Shown here: positions 37,281 to 50,850 of the stretch, in pieces
Position numbering within the stretch: the first letter of the stretch is position 1
How the letters are laid out: the number at the start of each line of letters is the position of its first letter
Assembly: GCA_030141605.1 (NCBI GenBank)
Contig: JAQGDQ010000024.1
Coordinates: forward strand, 558,001 to 622,000
Direction: 5' to 3'
From: Tubiluchus corallicola
Taxonomy: Eukaryota > Animalia > Priapulida
Length of the DNA stretch: 64,000 nucleotides
Program-made: the position numbers and the translations under genes
Notes under the pieces: model-generated
The model's database searches: none
What the model saw: the letters and a program-made list of their open reading frames with translations, nothing else
Told to the model about the DNA's origin: nothing

Positions 37281-40200
37281 CTATTGATCATTTCATGGGG
37301 ACAGATCATGTGAAATGTGGCTAGCAATGATTTGCTGCTATGCTGTACCTCGTACTGTCTTGAAAGCACCTTTATTTTGGCTGGTGAAATTGTTTGGTGC
37401 TGGAATTTCCAGCATATATTTTTCACTTTGAAAATTGTTTGATGATGTGCCACATTGTCCATTCATCCATCAATGTAATGGTATGATCTTCTTGTCGCGA
37501 AGGTAAAATGAAGATATACGCGTTTGTCAAAGACGACAAGTCAAATGTAAAGTATAAACTTACATGGTTTATTAACTCTTATAGATAACAAATATGACCA
37601 TACACTCTTGTCGCTACATAAAGTGTTGCTGAAGTAAATTGATGATAATTACAGCAATTATATACAAATGGTGAAATCGTTACTATACATGACATCGCTA
37701 CACGATTATCACAAGAGTGAGAAAACGTGGGTGTTAAAAGCAGTAACTGAATTCTTAGTGCAAAAACAGTGAACCGCCTAAAGCGGTGAATTCGAACATC
37801 GCCAGCGAGTACGTATGGCATAGAAACCTCAGCCATAGATGTAAAATACTACCAAAATAATTACACTTATACTAACGGACTCGGTCACAGTTACAATCAG
37901 GGTTCTGATGCCATTGGAGGTGGCCTTGTTGCAGCAAAAGAAAAGTCCAAAGGTGTTGTTAAATTGTTTTTGCTGCTGATTATAGTGTATAATGTACTCA
38001 CGACTGAAAACAAAGTTAGGTGTCTCGTTTGAATGCTGTGATATAAGAAAGAACTTCAAAAAAGAATTCTATTCATGTGTAAATTAAGTTTCCATTTGAA
38101 ATTTCTAGAAAACAAAAACTGTTTAATTAATGTGTATTGATGTTCACATTTGTTAATTATTCTATTTTGATGGCTCAAGACGACCTACAGTTGTTGTTGC
38201 TGCTACTGTTGCTATATGTTACTTGCTGTTATCTAACACCAAGTGGTGATGTGTGAGCAGTGTTTATCAAAAATTGAATCTGTTCAAGTTGTAATGTGTT
38301 TTGCAATTAAAGTATTAAACCATGATGGATCAGTTATTGTGAAACTTAAAAACCAGATTATGAGATAATTATAAGCAATTATTTATTTTATTGTTAATAA
38401 GCAAACATACTGTAATACAGCGTATAAATGAAGTAGAGATTTTCATTAAAGAAAAGTGAATAGAGTAACAAAATTTTATCTTCTGAATATTTGGAATTTG
38501 ATAGATTTTTTTGTTTTTTCAAAGGAATTATATGCATACCATTTTTTTCATACAAATTGCCCCAAATGAAACCATTGGCAACTACTTTAAAGAAGTTAAC
38601 TGCATTAGGAATTTAAAGTAGAATATAATACAGTGCCACCAAAATATGATTCTTGTGTCTAATTTAGTAATAATAGGATATATCTGTTAAAACTCATCTT
38701 GAAGTGTGTGAGGTTGCACAATGAACACACAAAAATTTTGCTGGCAGGTAAGAAGCTAGGACAAAAACTGACTTTATAAGCTGGTATCCTGCTTCTGTGC
38801 CCAGGGTAAAAATATGAGAAGCACTGTAGGTGTCTAGGAAAAACAGCAAAAATACAAGACAATTTTGAAGAAATCAGGACAATAGTCTAAAATATGTGAA
38901 AATCCTGGAAAAACAGTAAGTCGATGAAACTTTTGGTTGTTTGAATTTTTCAAGCTGAGTCATTGATAGCTCTGCACATTTACATTCATGATGCTTCATT
39001 TGCAATTAGCATTTACCAAAAATATGATGATTAAAAACAGGATACTAATGACTATTTGAAAGGTTTATCATTAAAAACCATTTTACATCCTAGATTAACA
39101 AGTTATGCTTTGCAAGGTGTGTAAAATAAAAATTTAATGTATTTGTACAACTCCTGGGACTTGGTGCATAATATAATCTTTGATCATGCATAATGGTTAT
39201 TATTATTTAAACGTTTCCTTGCGAGTAATTTTTTTCTTCAATAATAAAAAGATAATTTTAATATTGTTTAAACTGTTTCTTTGGTTTGTTCGCAAAAAAC
39301 AAACAAATTTACTGGCTGCTCGTCTATGGACTATACAAGACTCCACAGGACTGCGAAAATTTTTTTACAGCTGTTTTCAAGTGAACATCCTTGTTGACTG
39401 CGCGCGCATCAATAGCCTCATTAACATACGTACAGTATTGGAGGTCCGGATTTTATGTTGCCGTTTTTTTGATCGGATGTCTTAATAAGGGTAAGAGTTT
39501 TTCTCAAAATTTAATGTACAGAATTCCAAGTATTGAATTATCTAATTAATGAAATCAAATGTGTCACGTTTGTGTTCAGAATTACGGCATGCGACCATTG
39601 TTTTTTGGTGGAGGTATTTTTGGCGCCGATATACACGTATGACGACGCGAAAATGAGATACCAGTTAAGATGAGTTTTTGCTTTGAAAAAGACATAATTA
39701 TGCAGCGATTCAGTTTTAGGTCATGCCTACGTGGCAGAGAATTTGAGCAAAACCAAAACTGTTGTTTTTGAATAAGATTATTTACAGTATTTTGCTGTTT
39801 TGAAGAACGTAAAGTAGAACAAAATGGCGGTACTAGGTGAAGCCATTCTGTGCAGAATAGGGGTGGTCATGACGTCATGACGATGAGGGGTATATGCAGT
39901 GGAGTCTATTTTAAAATTGGATAGGGTTATATTCACGTTCAACATTTTCCTGAATGCATATTATAAAAATCACAACACACTCACATTGCTAAATACAAAT
40001 CTTCACTTTATTGAAGAAAAAATGATGTAACTTGTGCTGTATATCCCATTATAATTTAATACTGAGTGTTGCAAGTTTAATTTTCTGGGTCGGTTTTACA
40101 TTTCCTTCACTGCTGTAAAAGACTACAAGAGCAGTCACATTGGTGATAACAGATAATGTGCGCTTATGCTGATTATCTTGACTATCTTCCCTTTTTACTT

Positions 40201-41865
40201 GTAATTAGTTGAGTGGTGTGAGACCATTAATTAAAAGACTGTGAACAGTCATATATAAATGTAATGAATTAGTTTTTAAGGAATTTTCATAATCATTTTA
40301 ATGGCTCTTAATAAGTATATACAAACACTACAAAGTTACTAAGGAAACTAATCCCTTTCACTACATTAACCTTATAAGCTAGCTAGACTTAACTAAATTA
40401 AATTAAGTACAGTTAATTATAATTATGTTCAAGATCTAAGTCTGTTTCTGAATCAAAGTGAATTTGTTCAGGTGGCAAATTAAAAAACTATACAAAATGG
40501 GAACACTTGATATCGTGCAATGGCAGCCAAATTTACTTCTATATGTCGTCATTGTTCACAGAGCCTAATAATTACATTTACAAGATGTGGTTACGGTGAG
40601 CTAGTTGGTTGCATTCAGATTCATTATTAAACAGATATATGTACATAGCTAAAACTGTACACCACATTACACATTCACATTACAAATTTGCTTTTGCAAT
40701 CTTACACTTACACACATTTTGTACTAAATTTTTAATTATAAATTTGCAATCACTAATTGCGCTATAGAATACGGAATATCTAATATATATACTATAGTCA
40801 TTTATACAGTTCGTGCAAATAACATGTCAAACAAGTAAACTGAACGAGATTAGATTGCAGATAGACCTAATTGCTGCAAATATTGAGCAGTTAAACAAAA
40901 ATGCATGGAACTCTACTGAAGATAGCAAAAGAAAGTAAAATGGTACTTTTTATGAAGTCCATGGAGTTCCACATTCATTAACAAGCAAATGTAATGTAAC
41001 TCGTATAAGAACAAGTGCTGAGATAAGGTTGATTTTGAATTTTTGACTAAGTTTTCTTGCTAGCCAGAATATTTTAAAAATGATCAATTAAACAAAATTC
41101 TAGTCTAAAACTAAAAAAATATGTTTGTGCTCATTCATTTTTTTATAGGTGGGCAACAAAAGTTTTTGAGCAGCGTCTTCTCCGGTAATTCTCAAAAATA
41201 GCACAGTGCCTGTGATGAACACATGCAAAATTTAGAGCCAATTCCTATTTCTTAAAATAAGAAATACACCATTTATTTTCGCCAGCAAGTGCCCGATTTA
41301 CGTTTTAGCATATTTGAGCTATATACCTTTAAAAGTAAATGTTGTATGGAGCTAGAAATGTGTGCTATGGGTAAACTGCACCCGAACATCATGCTGGAAG
41401 TGTCTGCATAGTAGTAGTAATAGGAGCAGCAGTAGTAGTATATTTCTTTTCTGTAGTTCAAAGAACTACAGAAGCACATAATACAACAAATAATAATTAG
41501 ATTAGAATCTAGAATAATTAGAATCTGAAGTCAGCTTCCTGAGTCTGTCGGCAGTGTCCCCTTGGTCTTTGCTCAGAGTAGCAAACTTTTTAAAAAAAAA
41601 CGTTTAAAAGATGTAAATCTTAATAATCGTTTATCTTTTAACAGGCATATATAAGTAGTCTTGACTCCTTGTGCTTTTAACCGTAATCTTTTAACTAGCC
41701 ATTTTTATCTGTAAAATTTATATCTGTGTTGTGCATACATTTTATCTTGGTTTCAGATTTTATACTTTCTACTATTAAAATAGTAAATGTTTTAATATAT
41801 TTAATAAAGATTACGTATTAAACAAACAAACAAACAGCAAGCACAAAAACCTCTGAATACTGCTG

Positions 41866-42789
41866 TTTTATTTGATTTTTTGGATACACCCTTTTGAAAA
41901 TTAAAATTTTATCATTGCAGATTACAATTTACACATTTTCAGAAGCCACAGCACAGAAGCAAAGAAGCTCTACATTTGTAAAGTAAAAAACGTAGAAGAA
42001 AGTTTGACTCATAGGACAGGAAAAGGGGTAACTGAAGTTGGTTTCAGAATAATCGCCTTAAAAAGTTATACTACTGTACAGCAGTTTTATCCATATATCG
42101 TATTTGCATTGAAAGAAGGTTTCATTTGTTTTCATTATAAATCTGCCGCAATACTGTTCTGACCATTACATGACGTCACATATGCACAATGTAAATCAGG
42201 GAAAAAAGGCAAATCCTTACAGTACAGCGTAAGCTGATTTGTCTACTTTCCGTGCAAATCTATATTACTCAACATTTCGCTTACCTGCTGGAAAAACTTA
42301 CGTAACTAGAAATAGTAATTTAAAATTTAATTTACAAATTTTATGCAGCTTTGCAGCCGATGCAGGCCCTGTATGCAAAAAGGTAGTACGTAAGTGGTAT
42401 AAAATTTCGAGACAAATTTTTTAAGCTTTATGTAAGTGGAAGGTTTTCTTGTGCTTTAAAGCTGAAAATTGGACCAGAAGTAGACATATCAGTTTACGTT
42501 GTACTGTAAGGATTTGAATGGCTTCAGTAGCTGCAATTTGGACTGGAAGCCATTTTTCGTCATTTATTTTTGGGAAGTATTTTTAGGCACTCAGATTTGC
42601 TCATCTTTTCAGGTACTCAACTACAAATATAGCAATGGATTAAAAAATGTCACTTGATTAACACATGCCTGCCATATAAAACTAATCAGCTTCTTTGCTT
42701 CTATGCTGTGGCTTCTGAAAATCTGTAAATCGTAATCTGTGATGACGAAATTTGTATTTTCGAAGGGATGTATCTAAAAAACCAAATAA
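41866..42789. mobile_element. Foldback/MITE-like element with nested inverted repeats
   Basis: Outer arms 41866-41970 and 42688-42789 (...TTTCAGAAGCCACAGCACAGAAGCAAAGAAGCT / AGCTTCTTTGCTTCTATGCTGTGGCTTCTGAAA...). Inner arms about 42210-42249 and 42477-42516. Confidence 0.75.
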
Positions 42790-45700
42790 GGTTGAAGTAT
42801 TTTGACATTTCATCTTGAAAACCAGGTGCAGTTTATCCATGATGGACATTTTCGACTCCACACAATTTATTTTTAAAGGTACGTAAGCTCAAACATGCTA
42901 AAAACATAAATCAGGCACCTGCGAGTATAAATGAACGGAGCACAGTTTGGATCTAAAATTTTGCATATGTTCATTACAGCTACTAAAGTATTTTTGAGAG
43001 TATTTTCAAGCAAATCTGAATTAGGTGCCTGGAGACCACTCGGTGGTTTAATACGGAATAGGCCCTATTTTATTCCACCTAATACAGCTGCAGAATTCAT
43101 ACACATGTATAATAGTGTAGCATAGCAGTGGAGATTTCAACAAATTATATATAATTCTAAGCCTAAATTAACAGCATTTTTGATTGCATGTTAAATTATA
43201 TGCTCTTCGTGCATAAACAAGAAAACATTGTCATTGCTGCTGTGTTGACTGAACATTCAAGTCTGCTTAGTCACTTGAATAATTTATATACAGCTCATGA
43301 TTCGAGGGGATATAGTTGGCTGAGTAAGTTGTCTGGGTTGACAGTATCATGTAAAGTTCAACTTTTGTAAAATTTTGTAGTGTTCAGTTGAGAGTTCAGT
43401 GGCAGAATGGCTCAGTGTGGTATAAATAACCCTGCAGCACTGTATAGTGACAGCCGGTTGAGTAGGTGGTACTGTAATATACAACACACATTTGCAGCTT
43501 ATCGTGGAAGAGTCAAGGACACCAATGTTTGCATTTCAAAAAGTTGAAGTTGAGAAAATTTTAAATGTATTGAGATATGCAGCATTGGGCGCAATATTGT
43601 TTGAATTGGGGTAGTTTTCATCTGTAAAGGCAAATGCAGCATATCCAGAGGTGGTGTTCCAGTATTTCTTTTCTTTTAAAAATCTGCATTGGCATTTTGT
43701 AAGTGTACCTATTCTTATCATTAAGAATTCTCTTTATTAACTAGTCATTTACACAGAGCCCATGTGAAGAAAAAGATTTTCCCGTTAAATTGTGCAGTTT
43801 GTTGATGCTTCGTGCGTAATATGCATACATAATTATTACATCTTTGTCAATATGAGACATTTTGACAGATTCGCAGTTTTCTTGATCATGTACCAAGTTT
43901 TTTCTACTGTTTGTTGATTTCATTACAGTACAACTATAAATATTGCCTAATACACAATGGACATTAGAAAAGTCATGCTGATTTTAAACGTATTGTTGCG
44001 CTTCTAGATAAATGTTTTGCAATCTGAACTAAACTTTGTAGTAAACAACCACTTACTTGCTTTGCCCGTGCACACTGTGCAGAACGCTAAAATGTCACTT
44101 GTGGTTTTTATTCAAGGCAGACTTTTCATTGGCTAAATACTGTAATTAATACAGTTGTATAGTTAACTGAGTCAAGTTGGTGTACTGGGTGTATAAGTAT
44201 TGAAGGCTTGTTAATTTTTGACTGTAGTAGTTACTACCATCTGCTGTTGGGCTCGGCGGGTGTCACATAACGTTTTAGTTACTCTAATTAACAGCATTTG
44301 ACAAAGTTTGGAATGTGGTCTACCTTGAAAAAAATCTGGTCTACACAGAAGGTGCTATTTTAGTTTTGTGATGGAATTGATTAGCAAATGAATTAAAGTA
44401 ATGTATGTGCCCTAGATGCAAGTAAGCCTATTTCCTGAGGGCAAGGAACTGCAAAATAAGAGGAAATGCACTGGCAGTGGCAGAAATTAATGAGGGTTCT
44501 GTTCAGTAATTATTGACTGTTGTGGTAGAGTGGGGAAGATGAGTGAAGTTTTTAAACTAACCCATATATAGCCAGAAAGCAAAAATAATGCTTTGGCGAT
44601 GTATAAAGTTAGCGAATTCAACATAGAAGCAATTCTGCAAAAGAATATGAAGGTATAAATATCTGCACCTTTAGTATAACATGACTGTGCACTACATGAG
44701 ACAGATTGAAATGTGGAAATCTGTGTATATTATAGCGACTTGTTTTTTGAGCACCTATAATCTTTCCAAATCTCAGGTTCCAATCCCGTGGATCCTAATT
44801 ATTAGCTACACTGAAAAGTATAAATTGCAATTTGATTAGGCTACACAAAAGGATAGGCAGGCAATACACCTAGCTGTTCTGCACTTTCAAGTATTTGCTC
44901 TGTTAAAATTAGGTTTAAATTCCCTTGTTTCTCGTTTATCTCCAGCACAACGTACATACTTTCACTTGTCTAACAACCTGGGTAAGCTGTAGTTTGATTA
45001 CATCGAAACAGGCAGCAGACAGTATAACTGAGTTTATCCGGTTTAAATTGTGTTATCCTGGCTGTCCCGCTTAATCCGTTGAGATCACTGATCGATCAAA
45101 GCGCCTCGACTAGAGACTGAGAAGCTTTTTGATTTATATTAAATCGATTATAGTTTAAACTGTGCTTAATTACCTTTCGTAAATATTGCTGTTATTGCTG
45201 TTGTCATAGCAACATACTGGGGATATTGACGGGTAAATGTCATAATATAGGTGAGCAACTAACACTAAGGAGATAGTTGTGGTGGGACCGCATCAATGAT
45301 AATCCTGCTCACTAAGATCAGCAGCGGTACTTGAGTCATGTCTCATGTTTTGATGTGTAAAAGTCTTCCATCAGTTAAGTAAAAATTACTAAGTATCCAC
45401 TAAATACACACTAAATAAATTTGTTTCATATTAAATTGCACTATCGAGAAATCCCAAGAATTATTGCACTAAGTTGAAAGCTCAAACACTGCTGTGTAGA
45501 GAGTATCTCTTGCTGTGTATGATCGTGGTAAGTTCGCCCAAGTCGAAACAATGCAATGACAGTTCAAAGACATTGATGCGAGATATTAAAACAGATTAAG
45601 GTGGTAGAAATTATAAACTTGGGTACAAAGAACGAGGTGAACATTTGGAGTTGATATTTTATTTTAATTAACACAGTCTTACGGAGTTCCTCTATTATAA

Positions 45701-45807
45701 TCGGAATACTCGTGTTTCCCAAAAAAAGCAAAATGCTTTAAAAACTGGTATTCTATGGATGGGGTTTTTTTATTGTCCGAGTGCTAATAGTGTTTTTTAG
45801 TTTTAAG

Positions 45808-46250
45808 CAGCGGCGGATTATGATTTTATGGGCCTTAGGCTTGAGCTTGGAACGGGCCTTTTAAATGTTGCTACACTGCTGAGCTGACGTGTTTTTGTGG
45901 AGCTCTCGTCGTTTGTAAAGGATGACAAATTAAACAATTTATCACTGATGCATATTGAGTCAGATATGTTGATCTGAAAAATGGACTTTTCAGAAATTAT
46001 AACTGACTTTGTCCCCAGAAAAATTCGGAAACTGAAATTTTGAACTTAAACTGTGTAAACGTGAATTGTGTAAACTTAAATTGTGTAAACTTGATTTGTG
46101 TAAACCCGATTTGAAATATAGTGACTGACTTTTGAAAAAAAACTTTTTTCTATATTTTATTTTGGCGGGCCCCTTGCTCTTCTGTCAATTTATTTTTTTT
46201 ACAACAAAAAATTTTTTTCGTTTTATTTTGCCGGGCCCCTTTTGATCCCG
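45808..46250 (+). mobile_element. hAT deletion derivative retaining the transposase C-terminal (dimerisation) fragment
   Basis: Starts CAGCGGCGGATT...GGGCC and encodes DDKLNNLSLMHIESDMLI*KMDFSEIITDFVPRKIRKLKF*, typical of the end of hAT (Tip100/ZMYM-like) transposases. Short TGTGTAAAC tandem repeats and GGGCCCC subterminal motifs follow. Confidence 0.7.
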
Positions 46251-49200
46251 GGTTTTAAGATGAAATTCATTAGCGTATTGGAAAAGACGAAGCTAACTTT
46301 GTAATATTCTACCTTTTACTTCTGTCAAGGATACTGTTTTCATCGCCATTTGTTTGTTTGATTACAAGTTTGTTAACAAAAACTAAGCCGTGCTTCACCG
46401 ATTTCCAAGTAACTTTCTGATTAACTACATAGGCTTATATGGGAACATTCTGCGTGACGTCACAACGGAAGACCGCAGAAAGCTAGGGACACGTCATTAA
46501 TGAGATGACGTCAGAACAGTTGGGATGTCGTAATTTACCGGCTGTGTACTTTTTGTGGCACGCCGTAGTCTACTGCCTTGGCAGAGGCCTGCTAAGTAGA
46601 TTCTAACCGCTTTACCGCTACCAAGTTTCTAGTTTCTTTATTTATTTGGTTTTTCGAGTTTTATTCTATGCTCCAGATTCATGCAGCTCTGAGTTTGGGT
46701 TTGAGGGTTTTAGCTTCAAGGGCGGCTGTTCGCCGTGGCTGATCGATATTTCTGGAACGCTGTACAGCTGACTGACCTTTAACAGAATGCCTGAATAGCT
46801 TGCTCTATTTATAAGTATTCTTATCGCTCACTAGAGTTGGTTTTAAACAAATCGAAAGTTATGAACGAAATGCAAGAAAACTGCATGCAACCAGCGACGC
46901 TGTAGATGGTCATTAATATGTAACTCAGTGTCACCATAGTTTAATACGGACCATTAACACATACTGTTGTTTGTACTCTCTGTGACTTCTCAGTGTGACG
47001 AATAGTTATAAATTTGGACCACTGACACACTCTTGTTGTACGTAGTATGACTAATATGATTATAAATTTGGTACTTGGCAAGGTGGCTAAATTACAAACT
47101 CATTGTGATGACAAGAAAAGCCCAGTTGTGTAAGTTTGCACAGGTAACTGCACGTATAATAATGTACGTCACCAACGTAAACTTTCACAGATATATAATA
47201 AGTCCAAAGGACATGTTAGAAAACAAAAATGCACAGTTTTTACTTACTTAAATGACACATTTGTCACTTAGAAACAAAAATAATAATGCAACCACGTTGA
47301 AGGTCCAGTGAACACGTTTATGAAATAGTAAAAACTAAGAAAATAAGCACTCTCCTAAAGGTCCACCAGAGTTAAAAGAATTCAGTAAGGACTGCTAAGC
47401 GAGTGAGGCTTTGAAAGTTCTGCAAACTGTAAGTCTCATTTTTTTGTCAATCTTTTTTGTAGTGTCCTGTGTTATTGGCACTCATGCAATTCCCAGTGAT
47501 GGCAGACTCACTTAAGATTGATGTTTGCTGCCTAGCCTATCAGGTTAATCCTGTAAGATGAGACAAGAAGCCATTAAGTCTAGCATCAAGAACTCTGGTT
47601 GCCTCGATCAAGTGTGTATGCATTTTGGAGAATTAACAGTAAAGGCAGTAAGGCAGAAACCTGTTCAGTCGTTGAGCACACACGATGCTATTCTTACGCA
47701 TACTACTCCTACTTATTACTCAAGATGTGTTTTCTTCAGGTGAGGCAAACATGGCATCAAAGGTTATCTTCATGCAGTCTTATTCTTTTAGTCCAGCACT
47801 GCACGTTACTTTTTATTGTGCATCTTTGCCCACCCCTGGTTTTTATATTTGGACCTAGGATTTTGTTGTTGTTGTATTTGTTGAATTGCGACGGTGTGTG
47901 GTTAGTGACCCAAGTTAAATAATAGACGGTTTGGTTAGCAAATGGATGAGGGAGCGTCACGAAAATCGTTTCTAGGACTTCATTTGCCATACTGTCTTTG
48001 GTTGTTTCTCTTCTTAAAGGAATGATGTGGCTAAGACTCCTCACACGGTTCACTATTTCATCTTGGAAAATTATTCCTGACAGTGAGACAGATTCTGGTC
48101 CTGCCACAGCCATCAATATAGTAAATACTTCTAGTGCCAGATAAGTAACGAATGACTTAATAGTACTTTTTATTTTTTAAAATGTGAGTTTTTTAACTAT
48201 CAACAGACTGCTTTGTTATTTATTTATGCAACTAACCCAATGAATCTGTTGTATTACAATAATTCTAAATAAATCGTATATGTGTAAGGTGTATAAAAAA
48301 ATTATCTGCACTTTCTTGCTGATTACAAAAGGCGCAATGTCTGTCGAAGCAAATATTTGTACTGAAATTGTACACATGCCTTATATATATATACATATAT
48401 GTTTGTCTTAATAAGGGGGTTAATCTATGCAGTTTCGTACCAGTCCAGCATGCCTTATATTTTTGAGGTGAAGCAAATTGCCTAGGAATAATGAAATCCA
48501 ATATTTTACGCTATATACCAAAAACCCACAACCTCTCAAGGTTGATGTTTGTCAGTAGCAGCTGCTATTCATTACTTGTTTTGGCTAACATAAAATACAC
48601 ATCATCATTCATTGTGGTTCATATGCATTGACCTCTTTTTTGAAAAATTTGCTGAGCAATTAAGTAAGTTCTGTTTTTCGGATGAAGGTAATTAAGAATT
48701 AGGTGTCTTTGGCAAAATGTAGTAAACTTTCTTTGCAGCATTGTGGCGTAAGAACTAGCTAGACTACTGTAGCTTTCAAGAGCAGAACAAAAGGTTTGCT
48801 AGCTCCACTGACAAATTCCCAATGTGTAACAATTATTCTTTGATATTACTTTGCTCCCATTATCCATTATACTGCCTTATCCAAAAGTAGGCCTTTTAGC
48901 TTTTGTTTTGTGGCTAATAATGAGCACTTGCAATAACTGATAAATTTATAGTCAAGGCTGTGTAATGTTCCCCAAAGTAATTGTCTCTGACTGTAGCCTG
49001 TTCTTGTTGTGAACTTAATCATGGCCACTAATCCCAACAGCAAAGGTTTATTCAAGATTTCTACAAAGATTGTCACAAGAGATCAGCTTGTCGTGAGTCC
49101 CCTGCTGAATTACCGACTTAAATGGTAAAATCTTCTTGGAATAGAAATTTCTGTGACTACAGTGCATAGACAGTGTGTGATTTTACCAGATTCACTTTTA

Positions 49201-49590
49201 TTCTTTAAACAATTTCTCTTGATGTTAGTTGAAGTCAAATAAGACATAAACTTGAAAAAACACCAGAAACATTTAGTGTAAACGTATAATTGTCACTAAC
49301 AAAATTATTTTCATAATTTATTTTTAATTACGTAACCACCAACTTATCTTTTCAATAAAATAGAGTAATTTGTATTGAGTGTAGGACGAAACTTAGGTTT
49401 AAAACTTTCAAAATAATTTGTAAACAATTAACTTGCTTAAAATTATATGCCTACTCATATATTCTTTCTTTTTTTTCAAACATAAAAAATTAACAAGCAG
49501 GTCATTTTAAGAGACAAGAAATTTCCAGAGTGCTGTTATTATAATATAGGTATCGTGGTAATATTAAAAAAATGTTTAATCACAGGTTAG

Positions 49591-50565
49591 CTAAAGATTT
49601 ATTTGTTGGCCAATTACGAGCCGACTTCTAAATCTCCATGTATCTTGAAAGCTGACATCAAATCCAGTTTTTCTTTTTGCGATCTCTTTAACTTCATCAG
49701 CAATGTTTTGCTGTGTTGTGCCCTCAACATCTATAAAGTGACACTCAGATGCTGCATAATGACAAGATATGGATTTTCTGCAGCCCTCAGTACAATTGGC
49801 CCCAGAACCATGAATTAACACTGGATGAAAGAAGACACAGTCACCCTTCTCCATTTCCAAGTGCACCCTGGGTTGTGACGGATCATAGTCTTGGATGCCA
49901 TGGTACATCTTATTTACACCGCCCTCCCAATCTGGGTAGGTGTGAGGCTGCAGCTCACCCTTGTGGGACCCTGGAACAACAACTAGACAACCATTAGTTC
50001 TGTCGATCTTTTGCATGGCCGTCCAAGCACAGACAATTCTTTCTGAAGGTCTGAATGGAAAGTAGTGAAGGTCTTGATGCATAGGGTGGCGAGATGTCTT
50101 TGTTCCTGGGTCAGGAGGTTTATTAATCAGCATAGTGTGCATACCCATGATGTTAGGACCAATAAAGTCTTCCACGTATCGTATCACTTGTGGCAATTTG
50201 CAGTAGTGCCAAAGTACATCATCATTAGTAAAATCTTGGATTTTGTTTATCACCATTTCATTAGCAACCATGATACCTTGCTTCACCATTGTTACATCCT
50301 TCATGACTAACAGTCCTGGCACCTGAACTTTCCTGTCACAAATATCCAAAAATCGCTGACGATACTTCTCTATCTCCTCTGAAGGAACTAGATTTTTCAC
50401 AAGCAAGTAGCCATTCTTTTCATAAAACCATCGCTGCTCATCACTGAGCACATCTCCTTTGAAAGTGAACTTGTAGTTCTTCGCAGCAGTAAAAACTGGG
50501 CTGAGTAGTCCAGTTTGAGGCAGAAGATGAGCATGTAGCACCCGAATTCGGTCACTAGCCGCCAT
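49591..50565 (-). CDS. PHYH: Phytanoyl-CoA dioxygenase (peroxisomal Fe(II)/2-oxoglutarate oxygenase), intronless, 324 aa
   Basis: Single 975-nt ORF from ATG 50565 to TAG. N-terminal PTS2 RIRVLHAHL; HTMLINKPPD, HPMHQDLHYFPFRP (HxD), VCAWTAM, NGCLVVVPGSHKG, GDCVFFHPVLIHGSG (distal His), RKSISCHYA. Confidence 0.96.
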   Translation of the reverse strand: MAASDRIRVLHAHLLPQTGLLSPVFTAAKNYKFTFKGDVLSDEQRWFYEKNGYLLVKNLVPSEEIEKYRQRFLDICDRKVQVPGLLVMKDVTMVKQGIMVANEMVINKIQDFTNDDVLWHYCKLPQVIRYVEDFIGPNIMGMHTMLINKPPDPGTKTSRHPMHQDLHYFPFRPSERIVCAWTAMQKIDRTNGCLVVVPGSHKGELQPHTYPDWEGGVNKMYHGIQDYDPSQPRVHLEMEKGDCVFFHPVLIHGSGANCTEGCRKSISCHYAASECHFIDVEGTTQQNIADEVKEIAKRKTGFDVSFQDTWRFRSRLVIGQQINL

Positions 50566-50618
50566 TATGTGAGTGCACACACCATGCAAAGTTTGACTAT
50601 AACAACTTCACTCGGTTG

Positions 50619-50850
50619 TGTGCTTCTTTTACATTAGGTTCAAAGTTTACATGCCACTCGGGTGCAGAGGTGAGGCGAGAAGTACTTAATCTTAGACTTA
50701 TGAACACGAACCTGCAAATATGTAAAAATGTAAATTCTAACTTATGTACTTCTTTTCATTAGGTTCAAAGTTTATGCCCTACTCGTGTTCAGCATTGAGC
50801 TTTACAGGGCCTTGCTTAATCTTAGACCTGTGAATACAAACGTAAAAATA
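50619..50850. repeat. Two diverged ~125 bp tandem copies immediately upstream of PHYH
   Basis: AGGTTCAAAGTTTA at 50636 and 50761; CTTAATCTTAGAC in both copies. Confidence 0.8.

Noticed and set aside
50566-50589. Longer PHYH start given in the ORF track (332 aa)
   Set aside because: That start is a TTG. The first in-frame ATG is at 50565 and places the PTS2 signal at the N-terminus as expected.
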